A stretch of DNA of 64,000 nt from Malacoraja senta (taxonomy: Eukaryota): contig JAXLNO010005102.1 in assembly GCA_038087875.1 (NCBI GenBank), positions 124,001 through 188,000 on the forward strand, written 5' to 3'. The notes beneath the pieces were generated by a model, which had not been told where the DNA came from, did not search any database, and saw nothing but the letters and a program-made list of their open reading frames with translations. Position 1 is the first letter of the stretch; every line of letters starts with the position of its first letter. Both the position numbers and the translations under genes were made by a program. Below are positions 11,991 to 24,206 of the stretch, in pieces.

Positions 11991-12762
11991 TGCCCCTGTC
12001 CCACTTAGGAAACCTAAACGGAAACCTCTGGTGACCTTGCGCCCCACCCAAGGTTTCTGTGAGCTTCCCGGAGGTTCCGGTCACTCTCCCTAATGGTCGA
12101 AAGTGGTTTCCGCGTAGTCGAGGCTTCTTCTATGTTCCTGCGATTATTTCAACAAAATCAAAACCGGCCTCGACTAAAAATAGGTTGCCATTTGGTCGTA
12201 GCCAGTGGAGTGGGGTTGCTATTTACTTACAGGCAGTCGAAGGCAATCTCCTTCACTGACCGGCCATTTTGATTGGCTCATTGGAGTTTTCAACAAAGAT
12301 CCTGTAGGATCTTTGGTTTTCAGGACCTAGAAGATCCGCTGGTAGGTAAAATGCCCGCTAACTTTATTAAACTTCTTAAAACTGTCTCCACTCCTTCTCC
12401 CCCCTTCTTCCCCCCCCCCCCCCTTCTCTCTCCCCTTCTCTCTCCCCTTCTCTATCCTTCTCTCCCCTTCTCTCTAAAGGACCTACCGTGCTCTGTGGCA
12501 GCCGTTTACCTTCCTCTTCATCACACAGACAGCGCTCCTCCGCTGTACGTGGCCCCCACCTTCGCGATGTGTTTGTGTGTGCATGGGTGTGTGCGGTCGG
12601 TAGCAAAGATCCTGTAGGATCTTTGGTCAGTAGATGCAGCTCACGCTTCGGTCGAGTCTTTCCAGGCGAGTGACCAAAACCTCTGGCGACTCATGGAAAC
12701 TTTGGGTGGGGCGCAAGGTCACCAGAGGTTTCCGTTCAGGTTTCCTAAGTGGGACACGGCCA
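11991..12762. mobile_element. PIF/Harbinger-type MITE with about 65-bp TIRs and TTA TSD
   Basis: TTA|TGCCCCTGTCCCACTTAGGAAACC ... GGTTTCCTAAGTGGGACACGGCCA|TTA. Interior related, in inverted orientation, to the MITEs at 6796 and 39207. Confidence 0.85.
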
Positions 12763-12944
12763 TTAGTTACAGCATACTTCAAATTATGTGAACATTCCAT
12801 GTCTTCATTTGTAACATTGATCAAGCCCTGGAAAAAAATACAAAGAGGATTTATTGGAATGAAACCAAAACTGCGAGATTATGCCTATCGGCAACTAATG
12901 AGGCGAGATCTTTTTCTCTCTAGGTAAGACTGATGGTTAACCAA

Positions 12945-14010
12945 TCAATCCCCGTCTACTGTTACTCTCCTCTGCCTAGCGGAGCTGGTCCTTACCCGTA
13001 ACAAATTTTCATTTGACTACTCCCATTTCCTCCAAATACAAGACGTTGCTATGGGTACGCTCATTGGGCCCTAGCTATGCCTGCCTCTTTGTAGGGTACG
13101 TCGAACAATCTTTGCTCGAGGCGTACCAGGGCCCTATCCCCAAACTCTACCTCCGCTACATCGATGATTGCATTGGTGCCACCTCCTGCACACACACACA
13201 CACAACTCACTGACTTCATCCTTTTCACCACTAACTTCCATCCGGCACTCAAATCCACCTGGACCACTTCCGACATTTCCCTACGATTTCCAGACCTCAC
13301 TATCTCCATCGCAGGTGATAGACTACTGACCGACATCCGCTATAAACCCACTGACTCCCATGGCTATCTGGACTACACTTCTTCCCACCCTGCTTCCTGT
13401 AAGGACTCCATCCCCTACTCCCAATTCCTCCGTCTATGCCGCATCTGCACCCAGGATGAGGTGTTCCACACCAGGGCATCGGAGATGTCCTCATTCTTCA
13501 GGGAACGGGGGTTCCCCTCTTCTATTATAGATGAGGCTCTCACCAGGATCTCTTCTATACCCTGTAACTCTGCTCTCACTTCCCATCCCCCCACTCGTAA
13601 CAAGGGCAGAGTCCCCCTTGTCCTCACCTTCCACCCTACCAGCCGTCACATACAACAAATAATCCTCCAACATTTTTGCCACCTCCAACGGGATCCCACC
13701 ACCGGCCACATCTTCCCATCTCCTCCCCTGTCTGCTTTCCGCAGAGACCGCTCCCTCCGTAACTCCCTGGTCAATTCGTCCCTTCCCACCCAAACCACCC
13801 CCTCTCCTGGCACTTTCCCTTGCAACCGCAGGAAATGCTACACTTGTCGCTTTACCTTCCCCCTTGACTCCATTCAAGGACCCAAGCAGTCTTTCCAGGT
13901 GAGGCAGAGGTTCACCTGCACATCCTCCAACCTCATCTATTGCATCTGCTGCTCTAGGTGTCAGCTGCTCTACATCGGTGAGACCAAGCGTAGGCTTGGC
14001 GATCGCTTGG
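12945..14010 (+). mobile_element. Penelope-like element fragment (RT C-terminal half and start of GIY-YIG endonuclease)
   Basis: AMG..GPSYACLF, LRYIDD, YKPTDSHGYL, SIPYSQFLRL, CNRRKCYTC and NLIYCI.C..C.LLYIGETKR motifs; frameshifted. Confidence 0.9.
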
Positions 14011-14129
14011 GCTTGGAAAAAAGAAATATTACTGTACCTAGGTACACGTGACAATAAAGTACATTAACTGAAATCAACAGTTTAAAGCCATGTGAATTAG
14101 TGTGCATAAGTTTCCAGTTAGAATTATAG

Positions 14130-17100
14130 TTTCATGCAGCATGGAAACAGGCCCATCGGCTCAACTGGTCCATGCCGACCAAGATGACCCATCTAAGCTA
14201 GTCCCACTTGCCCAATTTTAGCCCATATCCCTCTAAACCTTCCTAACCATGTACCTATCCATTCTCTTCTAAATGGTATTGTACTTGGCTCAACTAACTT
14301 CCCTTGCAACTCATTCCATATATCTGCTACCCTCCGTGAAAAAGCTTTCCGCGCATTCCGACTAAATCTTTCCCCTCTCACCTTAAAACAAAGCCTTCTA
14401 ATTCTTGATTCCCCGACCCTATCTATTCTATATCTCAGGGACCTTAGCATTAGGGGGGGAATTCAGACAGCATTCTCTGCTCTGATTTTTGAACCTTCAT
14501 AATTGCAATACATGCATATTATGGATTGGACTCGGTTGTGATCTTGCTCACAGTTAATTATACATTAAAACTTATTTTCCCTCAAATAATAGAAGCACAA
14601 AAGAGGCTGTGATAAAAATGGCTTCTGGATATCCATATTTCACTTTGAAAATAGAATATCGAATAATAAAACAACACGGGAGCAGGCCCAACAGCGCTCG
14701 ACATCTTTGCTGATTATGATGTCAAATTGAACTAATCCCTTCTGGCTGTACATGATCCATATCCTTCAATTATCTACGTATTCATGAGCATATCTAAAAG
14801 CCTCTTAAATGCCACCATTGTATTTGTTTCCACTTCATTTCAGGTATCTGCCACTCGGTAAAAAAAATAATAACCCCGCCCAAAATTTCTCCATTAATAT
14901 TTGATGTTTCCACCCTTGGGGAAATGATTTTGTCTATCAACTCTAATAATGCTTTTCAGAAATTGTGTTAACTTCTATTAGTCTCACATCAGCCTCTGAT
15001 GGTCCAAAGAAAACAATCCAAGATTATCCAACCTCCGCTTTTAGATAATACCCTTTAGTTTAGGCTGTGTTCCACTAAAACTATACTGCACTCTCTCCAA
15101 TGCTTCCACATCCTTCCTGTAAAAGGGTGACCAGAACTGCGCTTACTCCATATGCAGCTGAACCAAAGTTTTATAAAGATTTAAACTCTGTGCCCCAACC
15201 AATGAAGGCAAGCATACCACATGCCTTCTTTACCACTATATTCCTGAGATACCACTTTCAGGGAGCAATGGACTTGGACCTCTGTAAATCAATGCATCAG
15301 ACTGTCAATAACTGATATTTTCTCCGTGTATATGACCGCCAACAATGCAACACACTTCCCAGGAATAAACTCCATCTGACATTTCTCCAACCATATCTGT
15401 AATTGATCTTTATCCTGCTGTATGCATTGATAGCTTTCTTCCCTGTCCACAAATCAACCAATTTTTGAGTCCTCTACATTTTCATTCAAGTCGTATCTTG
15501 TCAAATACCTTATTTAAAGTCCATATAACATACATATTTCATAAATCACCAATGTCACCTCGTCATAAAACGTACTCATTTGTAAGACATATATTGCCCT
15601 GCGCAAAACAATACTGACTATCCCTAATTTGGACAATACACTTCCAAAATATAGGTAAATCCTATCTGTACGAATCCTCTGAACTGACTGGCATGTAATT
15701 TCCTGCATTATCCCTATTTACCTCAAACTAAGAACAACATTGGCTCCACCTGTGGCTAATGAGGATACAAATCTATTTATGAGAGCTCCAGCAATTCTCT
15801 CTCCTGCCTATCCCAATAATTAGTGATGGATTTGACCAGGCCCTTGGGACTAATCCACCTTTATGCTCTTCACCACATTTTAAATCTTGAATCACTCTTA
15901 CTGTACTATAACCACACTCCACACTGATTTCTCCCTCCTCCATATCTCCTCCTTAGTGCAAATTATTTCCTCTGACTTCAAACATAAATTCCCTCCTTTA
16001 TTCGGGAGTTATACTTGTGCTTAATGCATGTATAAAATGATGGGATTCTCTTTAATTTGACTTGCCAATGACATTTCACATGCCCTTCTGGCCCTCCTAA
16101 TTTCATGCTTGAGTTCTTTCCTGCTTTATATTCCTCAAGGGCCCTGTCTGATTTTTATATTCCTAAACCTTTCTTATGCTTTGTTTTTCTTTTTGAACAA
16201 ATGTTATCCATGTAAATAACTCATTCTAAGCTTACCCCCAGTCTAGTTTCAGTCAAGAAAATACTGAGTCAAGCACTTGCACATCTAACCTTTATTTTGG
16301 AAAAACACAATCACAGTTCCCCTCTACTGTACCCAACCACCGTGGGTTCGATCCTTGTATCTGCTTGGCCAAGCCCGTCTAGCCTCGTGCAAGCAGAGAC
16401 ACTCCAAAAGGTCATGCAGTCCTAAGCATTCTCCCAGAAGATCGACACAGGACCTTATGGGAGCTACCTTTTATAGGTCCCCAAACCTTGAGGGGCCGAA
16501 CCACCTGGTGGTGGTCTCCATACAGTCCAATAACAGATATCGATTAACACAGTACATGATAGACATTTCCCTAACCCAATAATACAGTAACTAATACAAT
16601 GTATCTGACAATGTTTCTAGATGCAAGTTAACAGAGATGAATTATGCAACATGTGCCTAGATGATCAAGAAACCCAGGCAAGGCTCAACACTTAACCCAA
16701 TCAACATCTAGCAAAGTAAAGCTTTGCAACAATATTTACAATGTGTAATTTGCATTTACCCAATCTGTTTCATGCAATTTACACCTAATTGTAAGAATCT
16801 GCAGATGTCCCATTCTTTCCCTGCAACTCTTATCTAGTCTCCAGACAAGCTGGCACCATTATGCAGCTTGTCCAATTTCTGCAGAAGGCACATTTAAATT
16901 GACCAAATGGCCTAACAGCACAGAAGCCTTTACTCAATTTTAGTGTCCTGGCATCTCCAATTTGGCCAGAATTAACATTCATGTTTCCCATACCTTGCCG
17001 TCATTGTTCCTCCTTCTTGTTGGAACATTGCCTCCTGGCCTCTGATCAGCTCATCTTTAAACAACTCCCATGTGTCAGATTTGGACTTACTCAATAACAA

Positions 17101-17130
17101 TTGCTCCCAATTTGCTCTCCTTAGCTCTTG
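14130..17130 (-). mobile_element. Old degraded CR1 fragments, interrupted by a solo LTR
   Basis: Scattered CR1 3' UTR and ORF2 similarity (KVRGERF, WNEL, aactccatct, gaccaggccc); no long ORF. Confidence 0.65.
16211..16977 (-). mobile_element. Solo LTR (ERV1- or Gypsy-type), about 767 bp
   Basis: TGTAAAT...ATTAACA termini and near-perfect 4-bp TSD (TCCA/TTCA). On the minus strand a TATAAAA (about 16470) lies upstream of AATAAA (about 16293). Partial second copy at about 37443-37647. Confidence 0.7.
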
Positions 17131-17136
17131 CCTACT

Positions 17137-17452
17137 TTAGGTTAGTTTAGTTTGGAGTTACAGTGCGGAAACAGGCCCTTCGGCCCACCGACTCCGCAAC
17201 GACCAGTGATCCCTGCACATTAACACTCTCCTACACCAACTAGGGACAATTTTTACATTTACCAAGCCAATTAACCTACAAACTTGTACCTCTTTGGAGT
17301 GTGGGAGGAAACCAAAGATCTCTGAGAAAACTCACGCAGGTCACGAGGAGAACGTACAAACTCCGTACAGACAGCACCCGTAGTCGGGATGGAACCCGGG
17401 TCTCCGGCGCTGCGTTCGCTGTAAGGCAGCAACTCTACCACTGCGCCACCGT
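17137..17452 (-). mobile_element. HE1-like SINE
   Basis: Well-preserved reverse copy with (AAACT)n tail. Confidence 0.9.
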
Positions 17453-17750
17453 GTTGTAATGTTGTAATTTGTCCTCCTCTAATATAGTACTTTCCCCCAA
17501 GGTCCAGACTGATTCATAACGATCTTAAAACTTGAGGATTTACATTATCATTTGAAGAGGAGGCGGGAACAAGCATGAGATTACCGAATATGTAATTGAT
17601 ACACAGGAACCTAATCACTAACATTTCTGGACCATGACAGTCAAGGCTGAAGATTGAGGCACTTATTAAACCAAAACAAACCAGATCAAGTTTAAATATC
17701 AATAGATTAAACACAGAAGTGTTAACCAAATTAAATAACAATTTATATCT

Positions 17751-18563
17751 GGATGGGAGGGTGGCGCCTAACGGCAGCGGCTCGACTACAGTCGTCTGTC
17801 TTTTTTTATTTTTGTCTTGTTAAGTGTATGTCTTGAGCTAGTTTTTATTATTTATTTCTTTAGCTGTGTATATGTGGGGGGTGGGGGGGGGGCTGTGGGG
17901 AGGAACCGTTTAATCTCTTCCCTGTACGGGGACCCGACTTTTTCCCTGTCGGGTCTCCGATGTCGTTGGGCCTAACATCGAGGAGCCGGCGGTGGCCTCC
18001 GGGCTGAGGGCTCCAGTCGCGGAGCCTGCGGAACTGACATTGCGGAGCTGGCCGTCTTCGGAGCGGGAAGAGCAGTGGTGGCGCACGGCTGCGACCCGAC
18101 TTCGGAGCTTCGGAGACTCCGGCCGCAGGCCCGGTGGACAGGAACATCGTGAGCTCGCAGTTCCCGGGTGGGAGACCGCTTTTCCGAGCTCCGCAACGGC
18201 AACTTCTCCCGCTGGAATCGCGGGGTTTAAAGGACACGGAGCCGGGGCCCAACATCGCCCGGCGTGGCTTAAATGGCCACAGGACTTACCATGGTCCGCC
18301 GGGGGCTTAACATCGGAGCCCCAGTTTGCCTCGACGCTGCAGTTGGACTGCTGGACCGCAGGAGAAGAACAAAGGGAAGAGATAAGACTTTGCCTTCCAT
18401 CACAGTGAGGAGGTGTTGGAGACTCACTGTGATGGATGTTTATGTAAACTGTGTTAAGTGTGGGTCTTGGTTTTTTTTGTAATGTAAAAACTGTAGAAAA
18501 TGCAATTTCGTTCAAACCAAGTTGTTTGATTGACAATAAAAGGCATTATATTCTATTCTATTC
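17751..18563 (+). mobile_element. GC-rich non-coding retroposon with Rex1/L2-like 3' tail, copy A
   Basis: GGCGCC head, T-tract, G-tract, GC-rich body, hairpin, AATAAA and (ATTCT)n tail; flanked by a TATATCT duplication. Confidence 0.7.
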
Positions 18564-18740
18564 TATATCTAATTCTGAAATTGAATCCCATTAGTAGGTT
18601 TTGGTGATAATGGTCTAGATGTGTTTGAATTATTTCTTGAATAATGAATACTGTTGATCTATGACATGATCTTACTCTGTGAATAATCGTCCCCTACATG
18701 CAAGTTTGACTTTATATATTTGTGCCTAATATGTTTCCAG

Positions 18741-18838
18741 CTATCTGTGAGCAGAAATGTTTGTTTGGAAGTAAATGCATCAGGCCGAACGTGTGTGCCT
18801 GCAGGAGAGGATACATAGGATTAGCCTGTGCAAGAAAG
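18741..18838 (+). CDS. VWDE: VWDE last EGF-like exon ([33 protein letters not shown])
   Basis: 98 bp, tttccag| ... |gtaaag, ends in phase 0, consistent with the penultimate VWDE exon. Confidence 0.9.
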
Positions 18839-20524
18839 GTAAAGCCCAAAATCATATAATTAACAATTGTTTTAGATACGATTATGTTTGGAATATCTGT
18901 AATATTGATCTGTTAACATTTTGGGGATCTCCTAAATTCAAAAATACATTCATTTATAGAAATGTTTAATAGTCTAATTTACTATTATCGAACTTTTCAA
19001 AGACTTTATATGTATATTAAGGGAAAAGGGGTAACCCAAAGAATGGGACCCCTCAGAAACCAAAGTGGTCATCAATGTGTGGAGCCGCAGAAGAAGACCA
19101 AAGTCCTCAATGAGTATTTATTTTTCTGTTTTTACCATGGAGAAAATCATGAAGCCTAAGGAACTTTGGAATGTTAATGGAAATATCTTGAAGACAATGT
19201 ATTACAGTTGAGGTGTGGGCATCCTACGATATATGAATTGTTAGACAATTCTCCCAGGCCTGTCCAGATATATTCAAGGACACTGTGCGGAGCTAGAGAA
19301 GAAACTGCAGGAGTCCTGGCTGAGATATAAATAAATCATTGTTGACCATGGATGACGTGGTGGAAGACTGGAGGATGGCTAATGTTGTGCCTCTATTTAA
19401 GAAGCCCTGCAAATTCTGGGAACTATTAACCAGTAAGTCTATCATCCATGGTGGGAAGGTTACTGGGATGAGGTATGCATGAATTTGGAAAGAAAGGAGT
19501 TGATTATGGATAGTTTGCTTGGATTTATGTGTAGGTCTGTAGTAGCCTATAGGGACTTCAGCAAGGCCTTAGATAAGGTTCCGCATAATAGGCTGTTCTG
19601 GAAGATTAGATCCAGGAGGAGCTAGCTAACTGGATATAGAATTGGCTTTGTGTAAGAAATAGAGGGTGGTAGGAGAAGGTTATTGAACACAGATCTCTAA
19701 ATAGTGATGTGTGTCAGGGATCAGTACCAGGCCCATTACTGTTTTTCATCTATATCAACGATTTGGATGAGAATGTGAAAGGTAAAACTAGTTAGTTTGC
19801 AGATGACACTAAAATAGGTGATATCGTAGACAGTGAATACATTTATCAAAAATTACAGCGGGATTTTGATTAGCTGGGAAAGTGGTCCAAGGAATGGATA
19901 ATGGAGATTAATTCAGATAGGTGTGAGGTATTGCATTTTGGGAGGTCAAACTAGGGCAGGGCATTGACAGTGAATGGTAGGGCCCTGGGGAGTATTGCAG
20001 AGTGGAGTAGATAGGGTAGTGAGGAAGGCCTTTAGACTGCTGGCTTTCATCAGTCATGGAATTAAAATACAGAAGTTAGGGCATTATTTTACAGTTGTAC
20101 AAGATGTTACTGAAGCTGCACTTGGAGTATTGTGTTCAGGTTTGGACATGCTGCTAAAGGAAAGATGCCAAAGCAGAAAAATGCATGGAAGATTTACGAG
20201 GATATTGCTAGGACTTGATGGCTTGAGCTACAGGGAAAGGGTGGGCAGGCTAGTACTGGGAGCACAGGTGACTGAAAGGTGATGTTATAGAGGTATATAA
20301 AGTCACAGGGACAATAGAAAGGGTGAATGCATATTGTTTTTCCCAGAGTAGGAGAATCATTAATTAGAGGACATAATTTGAAGGTGAGAGGGGAAAGATT
20401 TAAAAAATTGTCCCAAAGGACAACATTGTCCCAAAGGGTTGTGGGTATATGGAACAACCTGGCAGATGATGTAGTTGAGGCCGGTACAATAACAGCATTT
20501 AAAAGACATTTGGACAAGTACATA

Positions 20525-22141
20525 CAGTGGCTTGCAAAAGTATTCATACCGCTTGAACTTTTCCACATTTTGTCACATTAGAACCACAAACGTAAATGTA
20601 TTTTATTGGGATTTTATGTGATAGACCAACACAAAGTGGCGCATAATTGTGAAGTGGAAGGAATATGATACATGGTTTTCAAATTTTTTTACAAATAAAA
20701 AACTGAAAAGTGTCACGTGCAAAAGTATTCAGCCCCCTTTACTCTGATACCCCTAAATAAAGTCCAGTGCAACCAATTGCCTTCAGAAGTCACCTAATTA
20801 GTAAATAGAGTCCACTTGTGTGTAATCTAATCTCAGTATAAATACAGCTGTTCTGTGAAGGCCTCAGAGGTTTGTTAGAGAACATTAGTGAACAAACAGC
20901 ATCATGAAGCCCAAGGAACACACCAGACAGGTCAGGGACAAAGTTGTGGAAAAGTTTAAAGCAGGGTTAGGTTATAAACAAATATCCCAAGCTTTGAACA
21001 TCTCACGGAGCACTGTTCAATCCATCATCCGAAAATGGAAAGAGTATGGCACAACTGCAAACCTACCAAGACATGGCCGTCCACCTAAACTGACAGGCCG
21101 GGCAAGGAGAGCATTGATCAGAGAAGCAGCCAAGAGGCCCATGGTAACTCTGGAGGAGCTGCAGAGATCCACAGCTCAGGTGGGAGAATCTGTCCACAGG
21201 CCAACTATTAGTCGTGCACTCCACAAATCGGGCCTTTATGGAAGAGTGGCAAGAAGAAAGCCATTGTTGAAAAAAAGCCATAAGAAGTCCCGTTTGCAGT
21301 TTGCCACAAGCCATGTGGGGGACACAGCAAACATGTGGAGGAAGGTGCTCTGGTCAGATGAGACCAAAATTGAAGTTTTTGGCCTAAATGCAAAACGCTA
21401 TGTGTGGCGGAAACCTAACACTGCACATCACCCTGAACACACCATCCCCACTGTGAAACATGGTGGTGGCAGCATCATGTTGTGGGGATGCTTTTCTTCA
21501 GCAGGGACAGGGAAGCTAGTCAGAGTTGATGGGAAGATGGATGGAGCCAAATACAGGGCAATCTTGGAAGAAAACCTGTTAGAGTCTGCAAAAGACTTGA
21601 GAATGGGGCAGAGGTTCACCTTCCAGCAGGTCAACGACCCTAAACATACAGCCAGAGCTACAATGGAATGGTTTAGATCATAGCATATTCATGTGTTAGA
21701 ATGGCCCAGTCAAAGTCCAGACCTAAATCCAGTTGATAATCTCTGGCAAGACTTGAAAATTGCTGTTCACAGACACTCTCCATCCAATCTGACTGAGCTT
21801 GAGCTATTTTGCAAAGAAGAATGGGCAAACATTTCAGTCTCTAGATGTGCTAAGCTGGTAGAGACATACCGCAAAAGATTTGCAGCTGTAATTGCAGCGA
21901 AAGGTGGTTCTACAAAGTATTGACTCAGGGGTGCTGAATACTTTCGCACGCGACACTTTTCAGTTTTTTATTTGTAAAAAAATTTGAAAACCATGTATCA
22001 TTTTCCTTCCACTTCACAATTATGCACCACTTTGTGTTGGTCTATCACATAAAATCCCAATAAAATACATTTACGTTTGTGGTTGTAACGTGACAAAATG
22101 TGGAAAAGTTCAAGGGGTATGAAAACTTTTGCAAGCCACTG
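20525..22141 (+). mobile_element. Tc1/mariner DD34E transposon (Passport-like), copy 1
   Basis: TA|CAGTGGCTTGCAAAAG ... CTTTTGCAAGCCACTG|TA with about 210-bp TIRs; 1617 bp. Confidence 0.95.
20904..21923 (+). pseudogene. Tc1 transposase, inactivated
   Basis: HTH + GRPPK, WSDETK and WPSQSPDLNP motifs. Premature TAG at 21681-21683; catalytic D changed to V (QQVND) and E to D (PVDNLW). Confidence 0.93.
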
Positions 22142-22289
22142 TAGATGGGCAATATGGACCAAATTTGGGGAAATGGGAGTGGTTTGGATGGGGCATCTTG
22201 ATCAGCATGGACGCGTTGGGCATAAGGGCCTATTTTCCTGCTGGATGACTATATGACAGTCCTCTAGACTGGTCCATGCTACACAACAT

Positions 22290-22870
22290 TCATTGAATGT
22301 TGTCATCCCAAGCAGAATATAAGGTGCTGTTCCTCCTGTTTTCATATTCACTCTGGCAATGGAGGAGGCCCAGAACAGAAAGATCAGTATGGGAAGAGGA
22401 GTTAAAGTTGTTAGCGACCAGGAGATTCAGTAGGTCTTCGCTGACCGAGCGCACGTGTTCAGCGAATCGGTCACAAAGTCTATCCTTGGTTTCGCACATG
22501 TATAGGAGGCCACATTGGGAACATAGGATGCAATAGATGAGGTCAGAGGAGGTGCACGTGAACCTCTGTCTCACCTGGTAGCTGGGGCCCTTGGATCGAG
22601 TTGAGGGCAGAGGTATAGGGACAAGTGTTACATCTCTTATGGTTGCAGGGGTAAGTACCTGGGGAAGCAGTGGTTTGGGTGGGAAGGGATGAGTGAACTA
22701 AGGAGTTGTGGAAGGAGCGGTCTCTGCTGAAGGCGGAAATGGGTGGAGTGGAGATGCGAAGATACGACTTGAGGTGGGATCACGTTGGACATGATCATGT
22801 CGGAGTATGGTGTTGGTTGCGGAGGCTGGGTTTCTAGGGTTACTGCCTGACCCGCATCTGCAATTCTTTG
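22290..22870 (-). mobile_element. Penelope-like fragment (GIY-YIG region)
   Basis: RQRFTCTSSDLIYCILCSQCGLLYMCETK.RL.DRFAEH, homologous to the 13900 region. Confidence 0.85.
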
Positions 22871-23880
22871 TTTCCGTATTATTGGGAGATTACATCCAGA
22901 TTAGAATGTGTGCTTTTAAAGTTCTTAAGAATTTATGTTGCTTTTGCTTCTATTGTGTGCCATATTTTATCTCCGTAATTAAGAAATAAATTTCATTTCC
23001 TTGAATACTGCATGGTTAATATTTAGTTAATCTTTAGTTGTTTAATCACAAAAGAGCTCTAACTGTTAATGTCCTACCAGCAGAGATGTGTCGGCAGGAT
23101 AGCAACTAATATGTGAGCTGTTCAATTTAAATTCTTTGGCTAGAAATTAGTAGGCAGCTCTATCATTGAAAAGTTATTTAACCCTGCATAGAACAATTTT
23201 ACTCCTGCTTCAGAGTCCTTTTGCACCTGCAGGGAAATTTATCCCTACCATTTTTCAGCAGGATTTCTTTGTTCCACTTAGCAATTTTTCATGACATAAT
23301 GTCCCTCAACGGATATTCCTCACAAAACAGAACACAGGTTGTTTTCTAACCTCTGTCACCCAAATGTATTATTTAAAGCGACGGTGCTTTGACCTCCATG
23401 AGGTTTCTGCTCTCTTATAGCCTGAAGCACAATCTCTCATTCTCCACAACAGGAGAAAGGAAGACTTAATTTATATTTCCTTCAGTTCACAGGAGCAGAT
23501 GGAGTAGGAGATTTCCCGGTACAGCAAGCTTTCACAAAATGCCAGTTTTCATAAAATGCATTCAATACCTTTATAAGGATCCTCTTTAAAAAGTTATACC
23601 AAAGCACTCGGCTGTAGTACAGATGGTCTATCTGCAGTGGAATTAACTCCTGCCGCATCTTGCTAAGCCGGGCTGTCCGGTCTTGATGATCTCCTGGGTC
23701 ATACATGCATGTCCCCCCAATAATTGTATTCCACTCATTCAGTAGCTACGGTGCCCGATATTGAAAGTGCGGTTATGTTATGGTATAAAATTGTAAAATT
23801 CTGGAAACAATCTGTAAATCAGGGAGTATCTGTGGAAGGAGAAACAGAGTTAACATTTCAGGCCAGTGATTCTCACAACT

Positions 23881-24206
23881 GGGCGGTCACGGTGGCTCAG
23901 CAGTAGAGTTGCTGCCTTACAGCGAATGCAGCGCCGGAGACCGGGGTTCGATCCCGACTATGGGTTCTGTCTGTACGGAGTTTGTACGTTCTCCCCATGA
24001 CCTGCGTGGGTTTTCTCTGAGATATTCGGTTTACTCCCACCCTCCAAATACGTACAGGTTTTTAGGTTAATTGGCTTGGTAAATATAAAAATTGTACCTA
24101 GTGGGCGTAGGATGGTGTTAATATGCGAGGATCGCTGGTCGGCGCGGACCCAGTGGGCCGAAGGGGCTGTTTCCGCGCTGTATCTCTAAACTAAACTAAA
24201 CTAAAC
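23881..24206 (+). mobile_element. HE1-like SINE, well preserved
   Basis: A box tggctcagcagtagag, B box ggttcgatccc, (AAACT)n tail. Confidence 0.92.

Larger units (their letters stand above)
18990..22260 (+). mobile_element. Degraded CR1 ORF2 and 3' UTR, split by a Tc1 insertion
   Basis: Remnants of EDWRMANVVPLFKK, DFSKA.DKV, FADDTKI and WN motifs at 18990-20522; the 3' UTR resumes at 22144. Confidence 0.85.

Noticed and set aside
17860-18536. Overlapping 130-208 aa ORFs in GC-rich segments (also 43940-44502, 53662-54178, 35210-35612)
   Set aside because: These are expected from high GC content, have no recognisable domains and lie within non-coding repeats.
23881-23960. tRNA-like sequence with A and B boxes
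   Set aside because: It is the head of an HE1-like SINE, not a tRNA gene: there is no complete cloverleaf and it continues into the SINE body.
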